Positions 7,408 to 15,835 of a stretch of DNA of 22,421 nucleotides are shown here, piece by piece. The position numbers and the translations under genes are program-made. The notes below the pieces were generated by a model. It was not told where the DNA came from and made no database searches. It saw only the letters and a list, made by a program, of their open reading frames with translations. Position 1 is the stretch's first letter; each line of letters starts with the position of its first letter. The stretch is from a virus (lineage: Duplodnaviria; Heunggongvirae; Uroviricota; Caudoviricetes): the IMG/VR virus record IMGVR_UViG_3300022758_000225, positions 1 through 22,421 of that record, one strand, 5' to 3'.

Positions 7408-7770
7408 ATGGCTAGCGTACGCAGTACTGATGTGCAGGCATTTATCGGGGAGCTGGACGGCGGCGTATTTGAAACCAAAATCGGCGCTGTTCTCAGTGAA
7501 GTCGCTTCCGGTGTGATGAACACGAAAAACAAAGGTAAGGTCTCGCTCAACCTGGAAATCGAACCATTTGATGAGAACCGTGTGAAAATCAAACACAAAC
7601 TCTCATATGTTCGCCCGACTAACCGCGGGAAAATTTCCGAAGAAGACACCACCGAAACGCCGATGTATGTCAATCGCGGTGGTCGCCTGACTATTCTGCA
7701 GGAAGACCAGGGACAATTACTGACTCTTGCCGGTGAACCTGACGGAAAACTCCGCGCAGCAGGTCATTAA
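7408..7770 (+). CDS. hypothetical early-left protein (first gene after the leader; yfdP-like by position and size)
   Basis: ATG at 7408 preceded by GAGGAG at 7395-7400; 120 aa. No similarity to lambda N. Track ORF 7243..7770 is an upstream extension without an RBS. Confidence 0.5.
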   Translation: MASVRSTDVQAFIGELDGGVFETKIGAVLSEVASGVMNTKNKGKVSLNLEIEPFDENRVKIKHKLSYVRPTNRGKISEEDTTETPMYVNRGGRLTILQEDQGQLLTLAGEPDGKLRAAGH

Positions 7771-7835
7771 TATCGTTCTTAATTAACTGATTATTTATCT
7801 CATCACTGAATATCTTAATATAGTGAGGACTTATT

Positions 7836-8659
7836 ATGTCTCAGAACTTAGACGCAACCGCAATTAATCAAATCCATGCCCTTATTTCTGCTCAGGGTGT
7901 TAATGAAATTATCAGTAAGATTGGTGCCGATGCTGTGGCATTGCCTGAGAATTTCCGCATTCATGATCTGGAAAAATTTAATTTAAATCGCTTCCGTTTC
8001 CGTGGTGCGCTTTCCACTGCCAGCATCGATGACTTTACCCGTTATTCTAAAGATCTTGCAGATGAAGGCACCCGCTGCTTTATCGATGCCGATAATATGC
8101 GAGCCATCAGTGTGCTTAACCTGGGTACTATTGATGAACCAGGTCACGCAGATAACACCGCCACTCTCAACTGAAAAAGACAGCACCGTTCTCTGCCCTG
8201 CTGTCTGTTAATGGCGAGCGTAACTCCCAGAAGTCACTGGCAGAATGGATTGAAGACTGGGCCGACTATCTTGTGGGCTTTGATGCTAATGGTGACGCTA
8301 TTAAGGCAACAAAAGCGGCTGCGGCAGTCCGTAAAATCACGATTGAAGCAAACCAGACCGCTGATTTTGAAGATAATGACTTCAGCGGCAAACGCTCTTT
8401 GATGGAGTCTGTCGAAGCGAAAACCAAAGACATTATGCCAGTAGCATTTGAGTTTAAATGCGTTCCGTTTGAAGGCCTGAAAGAACGTCCGTTTAAATTA
8501 CGCCTCAGCATTATCACTGGTGATCGTCCTGTACTGGTTCTGCGCATTATTCAGCTGGAAGCGGTGCAGGAAGAAATGGCTAACGAATTTCGTGATCTGC
8601 TTGTTGAGAAATTCAAAGACAGCAAAGTAGAAACCTTTATTGGTACTTTCACCGCCTGA
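7836..8659 (+). pseudogene. DUF2303-like (yfdQ-like) gene split by a frameshift
   Basis: N-part 7836..8174 (frame 0) stops at 8172-8174. The C-part frame is open from 8156 and continues to 8659 (track ORF begins at GTG 8273). The two frames overlap in 8156-8172; joined length is about 274 aa. Confidence 0.5.
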
Positions 8660-8786
8660 TTTCATTACTGCAAATGCCCCTGCGGGGGCATTTATGGAAA
8701 CGTAATTGACTCAATAATCGCCAGATGGTGAGGGCTTCCTTTTACCAGAATTCAGCGCGGTGCAGCGCATATACGTGGAGAACAAA

Positions 8787-9323
8787 ATGTCATTTATTAA
8801 AACTTTTTCCGGGAAGCATTTTTATTATGACAGGATAAATAAAGACGACATCGTTATTAACGATATCGCGGTTTCTCTTTCAAATATCTGTCGCTTTGCA
8901 GGACATCTTTCACATTTCTACAGCGTCGCCCAACATGCGGTGCTTTGCAGCCAACTGGTACCGCAGGAATTTGCTTTTGAAGCGTTAATGCATGATGCAA
9001 CAGAAGCGTATTGCCAGGACATCCCGGCGCCACTGAAACGCCTTCTTCCTGACTATAAACGGATGGAAGAAAAAATAGACGCCGTAATCCGTGAGAAATA
9101 CGGGTTACCACCAGTTATGAGTACACCCGTGAAATATGCCGATCTCATCATGCTGGCAACCGAACGTCGCGATCTCGGGCTTGATGATGGCTCTTTCTGG
9201 CCTGTACTGGAAGGCATCCCGGCAACAGAGATGTTCAACGTGATTCCACTGGCTCCGAGCCATGCCTACGGGATGTTTATGGAACGTTTTAACGAGTTAT
9301 CGGAGTTACGCAAATGCGCATGA
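8787..9323 (+). CDS. HD-domain phosphohydrolase (yfdR-like)
   Basis: His-Asp motif in EALMHDATEAYCQDIP plus HLSHFYSVAQH. ATG at 8787 preceded by GGAG gives 178 aa; the track ORF starts at 8760. Confidence 0.65.
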   Translation: MSFIKTFSGKHFYYDRINKDDIVINDIAVSLSNICRFAGHLSHFYSVAQHAVLCSQLVPQEFAFEALMHDATEAYCQDIPAPLKRLLPDYKRMEEKIDAVIREKYGLPPVMSTPVKYADLIMLATERRDLGLDDGSFWPVLEGIPATEMFNVIPLAPSHAYGMFMERFNELSELRKCA

Positions 9324-9730
9324 ATGTTTTCGAAATGGAAGGGTTTCTTCGCGGGAAATGTGTACCACGAGATCTGAAAGTGAATGAAACAAATGCTGAG
9401 TATCTGGTGCGTAAATTTGCTGAAGCGGAGGCCAAGTGCGCGGCGCTGGCGGCGGAGAATGAGCTGGCTCGTAAAGCTGTTCAGGCATTCTGTGAGGTTG
9501 TTGGCGACAACACTGAGATTATCTCCGTGTTGGTTGGGCGAGATGGCGTTCTGGTTATTTTGGAGGCCATGAAGGCAACAGGAAATATGTCAGCCACCGA
9601 CGCTTTCCTGGCTGAAGTACGTGCGCAGGGTGTTGAATTGTTGCGCGAGCATCCTGCTATCCAGATTTGCTCTTTAACGCACGTATGCGACGAGTTCGCC
9701 GCCCAGCTTCGTAAAGGAGGCAACCAGTGA
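9314..9730 (+). CDS. hypothetical protein
   Basis: 138-aa ORF. ATG at 9314 preceded by GGAG; overlaps the HD gene stop by 10 nt. Confidence 0.45.
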   Translation: MRMNVFEMEGFLRGKCVPRDLKVNETNAEYLVRKFAEAEAKCAALAAENELARKAVQAFCEVVGDNTEIISVLVGRDGVLVILEAMKATGNMSATDAFLAEVRAQGVELLREHPAIQICSLTHVCDEFAAQLRKGGNQ

Positions 9731-10026
9731 CTGTATGTCTTATTGATAAACGTCGACGTGGGCAACAAATACCATCTGTTGAAATGCCGAATCACACATG
9801 GTTTTGCGTACTTGATATCGATGGTATGGATACGTTGATCGACACTCGTCATTACTGCGATACCGCAACAGCTACTCCGGCGAAAGCAAAGAAAATGGCT
9901 GCTCTGATAGAAAACTGGACTCCACCTGATGGTTGGTGCAATGGGAATGATCGGGATTGGCATGAAAAAATGAAGAGCTATATCTGCGATTTCTTACGTA
10001 AATGCAACGGATTCAGGGTGATGTGA
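9727..10026 (+). CDS. hypothetical Cys-rich small protein
   Basis: 99 aa. GTG start overlapping the upstream stop as GTGA, preceded by a strong AGGAGG at 9713-9718. Confidence 0.45.
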   Translation: MTVCLIDKRRRGQQIPSVEMPNHTWFCVLDIDGMDTLIDTRHYCDTATATPAKAKKMAALIENWTPPDGWCNGNDRDWHEKMKSYICDFLRKCNGFRVM

Positions 10027-10027
10027 C

Positions 10028-10564
10028 ATGAGCAATATTGACTATCAGGCACTGCGTGAGGCGGCAGAACGTGCAATTCCGGCAATGGAACGCCTGTTAA
10101 TGTTGCCAGCTGATGATGATTTGTTAAGTGAACAGGAACTTAAAGATTACGGTGTGGATATTGATGCGCTCAACGCCTTCAAATTTCTGAACGGACCAGA
10201 AACCGTGCTGGCACTGCTGGATGAACGGGAAAGAAACCAGCAATACATCAAACGCCGTGACCAGGAGAACGAGGATATTGCGCTTACGGTTGGGAAGCTG
10301 CTCGTTGAGCTTGAAGCAGCAAAATCAAAACTCAACGAGCAGCGCGAGTATTACGAGGGAGTTATCTCTGATGGGTGCAAGCGTATTGCTGAACTGGAAG
10401 CGCGGGAAGTTCAATTACCGACTCGCTACGACCTTCGATATGGACACCCGATAAATGCAGATGAGCGACATGTCATGATACCTAAAGAAAATGGCAGTTG
10501 GCTTTACCTGATTGACCTGGAACACGCATTACGCGTCGCTGACATTCGCATCAAAGGAGAGTGA
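10028..10564 (+). CDS. Ead/Ea22-like early protein
   Basis: 178 aa. N-terminus MSNIDYQALREAAERA and a coiled-coil-like middle section resemble Ea22-like proteins of lambdoid early-left regions, from recall only. Confidence 0.45.
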   Translation: MSNIDYQALREAAERAIPAMERLLMLPADDDLLSEQELKDYGVDIDALNAFKFLNGPETVLALLDERERNQQYIKRRDQENEDIALTVGKLLVELEAAKSKLNEQREYYEGVISDGCKRIAELEAREVQLPTRYDLRYGHPINADERHVMIPKENGSWLYLIDLEHALRVADIRIKGE

Positions 10565-10565
10565 T

Positions 10566-10829
10566 ATGGCAACTTTGACAAAAAAAGAACAAGCATGGTT
10601 GAGCGAATTACAGGACGTTCTTGATCGCTGCCCATCACCGAAAAAAATTGGTTTTTACACCATTGGCGATAAAAGCATTTACCTGTATGACCTGCGCCGC
10701 ATGGATGAAATCATGGAGGCTCTTGATAATCGTTCGTCAATGGATTGGTGTGTTGCTGTTCATGATATGAATGCCGGATTTGATGAAAAGATTTTATTCC
10801 CCTCATCAGTTGAAAGTACAGCAGGATAA
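10566..10829 (+). CDS. hypothetical protein
   Basis: ATG at 10566 two nt after the upstream stop, preceded by AAAGGAGAG; 87 aa. The track ORF extends upstream to 10512. Confidence 0.45.
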   Translation: MATLTKKEQAWLSELQDVLDRCPSPKKIGFYTIGDKSIYLYDLRRMDEIMEALDNRSSMDWCVAVHDMNAGFDEKILFPSSVESTAG

Positions 10830-10839
10830 GGACTAACAC

Positions 10840-11412
10840 ATGACCACTATTACCAAAGAGCGACTGCTGACAATCAGGCAGTGGCGCGAAACATACGGAC
10901 CTGGTAGCAACGTTGTACTGCCAGCAGAAGAAGCGGAAGAACTGGCACGAATTGCTCTGGCATCGCTGGAAGCAGAACCTGTAAGCCAAACTTACAACTT
11001 GCCACAAACGCACTTTGAACAGGTTGCTGACCTTTACGAAATGCAATTTGATGACGGACGCACTTGTGCCTTTCATACTGATGCGCAAAAGGCTGCGCAA
11101 TGGCTTCGGGCATGCGACGGAAACAGGGTTCAGGAATACGTGAAACTGGAGCGACTGCAGAACGCGCTATCGGGCAACTCTCCGGTAATTCCGGATAGTT
11201 GGATAAGCTGTAGTGAGCGAATGCCGGAAAAGAATCAGAACGTGCTTATTTCGGTGAATTTCGATAGCTCTCTGGTTGAACCGCTAATATGCTCCGCACG
11301 CTATACCGGAAGCACCTTTCGGCGCGGAGATGCAACGATTAAGCCGGGTAATGGTATTGAGCAGGCAACCCACTGGATGAAATTACCGGAACCACCGCAG
11401 GAGGTGAAGTGA
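10840..11412 (+). CDS. DUF551-domain protein
   Basis: C-terminal WISCSERMP...THWMKLPEPP matches the DUF551 signature common in lambdoid prophages. Confidence 0.6.
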   Translation: MTTITKERLLTIRQWRETYGPGSNVVLPAEEAEELARIALASLEAEPVSQTYNLPQTHFEQVADLYEMQFDDGRTCAFHTDAQKAAQWLRACDGNRVQEYVKLERLQNALSGNSPVIPDSWISCSERMPEKNQNVLISVNFDSSLVEPLICSARYTGSTFRRGDATIKPGNGIEQATHWMKLPEPPQEVK

Positions 11413-11984
11413 TGAACAACTTAATGATCGACCTTGAGACGATGGGGAAAAATAAGGATGCACCGATCGTTTCCATTGGCGCGGTGTTCTTCACTCCAGA
11501 AACCGGAGACATCGGACAAGAATTCTATACGGTTGTTAGCCTGGAAAGTGCTATGGGGCAAGGAGCTACACCTGACGGCGATACCATCCTGTGGTGGTTG
11601 AAACAAAGCCCTGAAGCACGAGCTGCAATCTGTATTGATGATACTTTGTCGATCAGCGATGCTCTCTCAGAACTAAATCATTTCATTAACCGGCACGCAG
11701 CCAATACGAAATATTTAAAAGTCTGGGGTAACGGGGCCACCTTCGACAACGTAATTTTACGTGGAGCTTATGAGCGAGCAGGACAAATCTGCCCGTGGGC
11801 ATACTGGAATGACCACGATGTACGCACGATCGTTACGCTTGGGCGTTCCATCGGATTCGACCCCAAAATGGACATGCCTTTCGATGGCGAACGGCACAAC
11901 GCCCTGGCTGATGCTCGTCATCAGGCAAAATATGTTTCCGCTATCTGGCAGAAATTAATTCCTGCCACCAGCACAGAATTATGA
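11412..11984 (+). CDS. DnaQ-like 3'-5' exonuclease (DEDDh family)
   Basis: MIDLETMG (Exo I motif) and ERHNALADARHQ (Exo III H-x4-D motif). AGGAGG at 11399-11404. Confidence 0.65.
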   Translation: MNNLMIDLETMGKNKDAPIVSIGAVFFTPETGDIGQEFYTVVSLESAMGQGATPDGDTILWWLKQSPEARAAICIDDTLSISDALSELNHFINRHAANTKYLKVWGNGATFDNVILRGAYERAGQICPWAYWNDHDVRTIVTLGRSIGFDPKMDMPFDGERHNALADARHQAKYVSAIWQKLIPATSTEL

Positions 11985-12020
11985 TTTTCCCGGGTGCAGC
12001 CGGTTTTGATGGAGAAAATT

Positions 12021-12302
12021 ATGAACACCTTGTTTTTACTGATGGCTGAATTCAATACCCCTAACATTGAACTCTCAGCAGTTAGCCAAAAGTACTTTGG
12101 CATGAGTCCAGCCACGGCAGAAGCAAAAGCAAACGCTTGTAAGTTGCCCGTTCCAACATATCGCATCGGCACATCACAAAAAGCAAAACGTTGCATCAAT
12201 ATTCAGGATCTTGCGGAATACATAGACAAAAGACGAGAAGAAGGACGTATCGAGTGGGAACAGGTCAGAACAGGCAAACAGAAGGGCAAAGAACATCACT
12301 AA
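12021..12302 (+). CDS. PrtN-family DNA-binding protein (pyocin-activator / excisionase-like)
   Basis: MNTLFLLMAEFN...IQDLAEYIDKRR closely resembles the N-terminus of P. aeruginosa PrtN. ATG at 12021 preceded by GGAG. Confidence 0.6.
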   Translation: MNTLFLLMAEFNTPNIELSAVSQKYFGMSPATAEAKANACKLPVPTYRIGTSQKAKRCINIQDLAEYIDKRREEGRIEWEQVRTGKQKGKEHH

Positions 12303-12304
12303 AG

Positions 12305-12331
12305 AAAAAACCCGCCTAAAGGCGGGTTTTC
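12305..12331. terminator. bidirectional intrinsic terminator
   Basis: aaaaaaCCCGCCtaaaGGCGGGtttt: GC-rich stem flanked by an A-run and a T-run, between convergent genes ending at 12302 and 12350. Confidence 0.6.
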
Positions 12332-12349
12332 AAAAAGCACCAGCTATGA

Positions 12350-12523
12350 TCATGCTGCTTTGCGACGACGAAGCTTACCCTGCTGCTCTTTACCAGAGAC
12401 AGTAGCGTGAGTGAACGCATTAGGAGCAGCCTTCATCAGAACTTCAACAGCAGCACCCATACCTGCGAATGCTTTCATTGTGTCGAACTTAACCTGTGGC
12501 TTGGTTGCTTTTTGATCTTTCAT
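12350..12523 (-). CDS. small lysine-rich hypothetical protein (57 aa; not in the supplied ORF track)
   Basis: Hand translation of the minus strand gives MKDQKATKPQVKFDTMKAFAGMGAAVEVLMKAAPNAFTHATVSGKEQQGKLRRRKAA. ATG at 12523 preceded by GGGAG at a 7-nt spacing. Confidence 0.4.
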   Translation of the reverse strand: MKDQKATKPQVKFDTMKAFAGMGAAVEVLMKAAPNAFTHATVSGKEQQGKLRRRKAA

Positions 12524-12719
12524 AGAAAACTCCCGAGACAGTAAAGGCGTCTCTAACCCTCTCTTTAAAGCTAGCTTGTTTAGCTAACTTATGCCAATCG
12601 ATCATGTCGATTGGTGACATCGTTTCTTAGTAGTTTAAGCACAAAACGACTGCCATAGATGTACCTTTAAGGTAATCTGGACGGGTATCCTACAATTTGT
12701 AGACCCTTCTCGTCTATAC

Positions 12720-13256
12720 CTACTGAGCAAATTTAAGAAAGATATCCTGCAGCTCATCAATGACTGCAGACATCACATAACCGCACTGTTCCATGCGGAA
12801 ACCAAAAGACTCGTAATACTGCACCAGTTCTGGTACTGGCTCTACAATGTGGACAACTTTACATTCAACAGCTTTACAAAATATAAAAGCACTCATAAGA
12901 GTGAGTAAAACCATGCGCCCTTTCAATGGGTGAGATTCATCTTCTCTAGAAAACCTTTCGATCATATGGATACGAAAGATGTTTTCTTCAACCCCATAAA
13001 CACAAATTGCTGCTCCTGATGGTATTCCCTGAACCCGACCTTGCTGAACAAGTTTTATGCAGAACTCATACTTTTCTCTGGAGTTGCCATAGGTGCTTAA
13101 CGCATAGTCCCATTCAAGCTCACCATAGCCACCACACAGAATCTTGTAATCATCATCACTGAGCGGACCAACAGCAAGAGGTAAGCCGACATGATCAATA
13201 ATCAACTGGATATTGTTACGTACAGATTGACCTATCTCGTCTAGGGTAAGCATCAT
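12720..13256 (-). CDS. GNAT-like acetyltransferase-fold protein (moron candidate)
   Basis: 178 aa. KGRMVLLTLMS and ELVQYYESFGF resemble GNAT motifs A and B. Opposite strand to its neighbours and visibly AT-rich. Fold call is tentative. Confidence 0.45.
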   Translation of the reverse strand: MMLTLDEIGQSVRNNIQLIIDHVGLPLAVGPLSDDDYKILCGGYGELEWDYALSTYGNSREKYEFCIKLVQQGRVQGIPSGAAICVYGVEENIFRIHMIERFSREDESHPLKGRMVLLTLMSAFIFCKAVECKVVHIVEPVPELVQYYESFGFRMEQCGYVMSAVIDELQDIFLKFAQ

Positions 13257-13536
13257 AGACTCTCAAGCGGAACACTAAAAATCTCATTATATCTCATTCT
13301 GATGCCCCGCATGGATTACACCTTGAAATGAAAACACCGGGTTCCCAATAGGCTCCCACAAAGTGTATAACTACTTGTTTTTCAAAAACGGTACATCCTA
13401 TCGAGCATAGGAGCAATGCTAAACCGAGAACTCCAGTAAGCGCCAGTTTTTTCAGGCATCACGCTGGTTTGATTAGTTTTCTGTATTTCAGGATTATCGT
13501 GCATTTTTGAACATTTCAGGCTATTTTTCTCGCGTT

Positions 13537-13572
13537 AGGTTCCCGCACAGGTTCCCACGTTTTATGGGAACC
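13537..13572. promoter_or_regulatory. repeated GGTTCCC motifs upstream of the integrase gene (candidate arm-type or regulator binding sites)
   Basis: AGGTTCCC at 13537-13544 and 13549-13556; inverted copy GGGAACC at 13566-13572, forming TTCCCA-N7-TGGGAA. Related GGTTCCCA and GGCTCCCA copies at 13340-13347 and 13351-13358. Confidence 0.35.
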
Positions 13573-13592
13573 CGAAATAACGAGGTCGTGTA

Positions 13593-14690
13593 ATGGCGTA
13601 CTATAACATAGAGAAACGACTAAAATCCGATGGCACACCACGCTATCGCTGTAATGTGATTATCAAAGAAAAAGGTGTTATCACTTACAGGGAAAGCAAA
13701 ACATTCCCTAAACATGCTCATGCCAAAACATGGGGCGCACAGAAAGTGATGGAATTAGATCTATATGGCATTCCATCATCAAATGCTGTTGATGGACTTA
13801 CAGTCCGTGACTTACTACACAAATATTTAAATGACCCAAATGCCGGAGGTAAAGCAGGCCGTACTAAAAGATATGTGCTGGAACTGCTTATGGATAGTGA
13901 CATATCCGCGATCAAACTATCTGAACTGACAGAAAATGACGTAATTGAACATTGCAGGCTAAGAAACAACGCTGGTGCAGGCCCAGCAACAGTCAGCCAC
14001 GATGTTAGTTATCTTGGCAGTGTTCTGGATGCGGCAAAACCTGTATACGGAATCAATTACACATCAAACCCGGCGAAAAGCGCTCGTCCATATCTACTTA
14101 AACTCGGTTTGATTGGTAAATCAAACCGTCGTAATCGTAGACCAGCATCTGATGAACTGGACATGCTCATTGAAGGCCTTCAACAACGATCTACTCATAA
14201 ATGCTCAAAAATTCCGTTCGTTGATATCCTCAAATTTTCTGTGTGGTCCTGTATGCGAATCGGAGAAGTATGCCGGTTACGATGGGAAGATCTCGACCAA
14301 GAACAAAAATCTATACTAGTAAGAGATAGGAAAGATCCACGTAAAAAGGAAGGTAACCATATGAAAGTTGCCTTGCTTGGGGAAGCCTGGGATATCGTCC
14401 AGCGCCAACCCAAAAAATCAGAATTCATTTTTCCATATAACAGCACTTCTGTTACCGCAGGATTTCAGAGGGTAAGAAGCAAATTAGGTATTAAAGATCT
14501 GCGATACCATGATTTGCGTAGAGAAGGGGCAAGTCGCTTATTTGAGGCTGGTTTTAGTATTGAGGAAGTCGCTCAAGTTACAGGGCATCGTTCATTAAAC
14601 GTGCTATGGCAGGTATATACCGAACTGTATCCGAAATCTTTACATAATCGTTTTGAAGAACTCCAAAAGAGCAGAAACAAGACCTCTTGA
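13593..14690 (+). CDS. int: tyrosine site-specific integrase
   Basis: 365 aa with C-terminal catalytic signature YHDLRREGASRLFEAGFSIEEVAQVTGHRSLNVLWQVYTEL (HxxR and Tyr nucleophile). RBS GAGG. Confidence 0.9.
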   Translation: MAYYNIEKRLKSDGTPRYRCNVIIKEKGVITYRESKTFPKHAHAKTWGAQKVMELDLYGIPSSNAVDGLTVRDLLHKYLNDPNAGGKAGRTKRYVLELLMDSDISAIKLSELTENDVIEHCRLRNNAGAGPATVSHDVSYLGSVLDAAKPVYGINYTSNPAKSARPYLLKLGLIGKSNRRNRRPASDELDMLIEGLQQRSTHKCSKIPFVDILKFSVWSCMRIGEVCRLRWEDLDQEQKSILVRDRKDPRKKEGNHMKVALLGEAWDIVQRQPKKSEFIFPYNSTSVTAGFQRVRSKLGIKDLRYHDLRREGASRLFEAGFSIEEVAQVTGHRSLNVLWQVYTELYPKSLHNRFEELQKSRNKTS

Positions 14691-14692
14691 CA

Positions 14693-14736
14693 CTGTTTAT
14701 TTATACAGATAAAAATAACACTGTATACAAACACAG
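14693..14736. promoter_or_regulatory. two tandem LexA (SOS) boxes upstream of the dinI-like gene
   Basis: CTGTttatttatACAG (14693-14708) and CTGTatacaaacACAG (14721-14736); both match CTGT-N8-ACAG exactly and lie 16-60 nt upstream of the ATG at 14752. Confidence 0.7.
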
Positions 14737-14751
14737 TATAGAGGGATTTTT

Positions 14752-15000
14752 ATGCGTATTGAAATCTGCATAGCCAAAGAGAAAATGACTAAAATGCCAA
14801 ACGGTGCTGTGGATGCGTTAAAGGAAGAATTAACTCGGCGCATCAGTAAGCGTTATGACGATGTAGAAGTGATCGTAAAAGCCACCAGCAATGATGGGCT
14901 TTCTGTTACACGCACAGCAGATAAGGATTCTGCAAAAACATTTGTTCAGGAGACTCTGAAAGATACCTGGGAGTCTGCTGACGAGTGGTTTGTTCACTAA
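14752..15000 (+). CDS. DinI-like DNA-damage-inducible protein
   Basis: 82 aa; [11 protein letters not shown]...[16 protein letters not shown] matches the E. coli DinI family along its length. RBS GAGGGA. Confidence 0.85.
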   Translation: MRIEICIAKEKMTKMPNGAVDALKEELTRRISKRYDDVEVIVKATSNDGLSVTRTADKDSAKTFVQETLKDTWESADEWFVH

Positions 15001-15068
15001 TAAACACGTAAAATCGGTAACGGCTGGAAATCATTCAATACCCGCACTATCGAAAGTTCACCAGCCAA

Positions 15069-15112
15069 CCGCAGCACGTCCTGCATACGTCGTGTCTGCG
15101 GTTTTTCTTTTT
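15069..15112 (+). terminator. intrinsic terminator downstream of int and dinI (tI/sib-like position)
   Basis: Stem ccgcagcacg / cgtgtctgcgg with one bulge, followed by TTTTTcTTTTT. Confidence 0.45.
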
Positions 15113-15253
15113 CGCTTACATTGTGTCTGGTTCTTCCGGCCACTCAATATCAGGTGCAGTTGATGTATCAACACGGTTCAGCAACACCCTGCATGCCTTC
15201 CATGCCGCCAGCAATGATGTTTCCTCCTTCGTTGCATATACTGCTCACCTTTT

Positions 15254-15547
15254 TCACCCACGATTAACCAACAGCCAGATCAGCAGACACGCCACCACCG
15301 GCACAGCAAAATCCATCAGACTTGCCATATCCCACACGCGCGGGTCAAAACCACCCCACCACGGCATATTCATACGCTTGCCATGCCCGAACATTTCAAT
15401 CCAGCGATATTCTGCCTGGGTGTGTTCCCGCGCAATGAAGAACGTACAACCGGCTATCGCCCCGTAAGCCCAGTTTCCGGTAAAAAGACCAGCCAGTACC
15501 TGCACCGCTACGGCACAAAGCGCATGAAGTATCGACGTGATATCCAT
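15254..15547 (-). CDS. small hydrophobic (membrane) protein, moron candidate
   Basis: 97 aa with hydrophobic N- and C-terminal segments (LHALCAVAVQVLAGLF and FAVPVVACLLIWLLV). Last gene of the tail operon direction. Confidence 0.45.
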   Translation of the reverse strand: MDITSILHALCAVAVQVLAGLFTGNWAYGAIAGCTFFIAREHTQAEYRWIEMFGHGKRMNMPWWGGFDPRVWDMASLMDFAVPVVACLLIWLLVNRG

Positions 15548-15556
15548 CTGCTATCC

Positions 15557-15835
15557 TTAAAACCACTCCCTGAGCGGGCGCTCTGGTGTAACCACCCACT
15601 CACGGAACACGGAATCATCAAATCCATCGTCAAGAAGACGGATATTAACAAAGTACCCTTCGTTTCGCGTGTATTCTGGTTCTCCGTCATCAGGAACATC
15701 TGTCTCCCTGAACGTAAAACCAATCTCATCAACCAGAACGGCATTCTGCAGCTCTTCGTCCTCTTCCCAGTTAAGTTTCCTGAGAAATGCCCTGAAATCT
15801 GCTTTATCACTGAAACGCAACGTGAAATCTCTCAC
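15557..15835 (-). CDS. hypothetical acidic protein downstream of the tail fibre gene
   Basis: 92 aa. Start overlaps the stf stop as ATGA. No resemblance to lambda Tfa. Confidence 0.45.
   Translation of the reverse strand: MRDFTLRFSDKADFRAFLRKLNWEEDEELQNAVLVDEIGFTFRETDVPDDGEPEYTRNEGYFVNIRLLDDGFDDSVFREWVVTPERPLREWF

Noticed and set aside
7201-7673. Minus-strand ORFs 7201..7596 and 7305..7673
   Set aside because: Antisense to the well-supported plus-strand gene 7408..7770 and spanning the leader hairpins.
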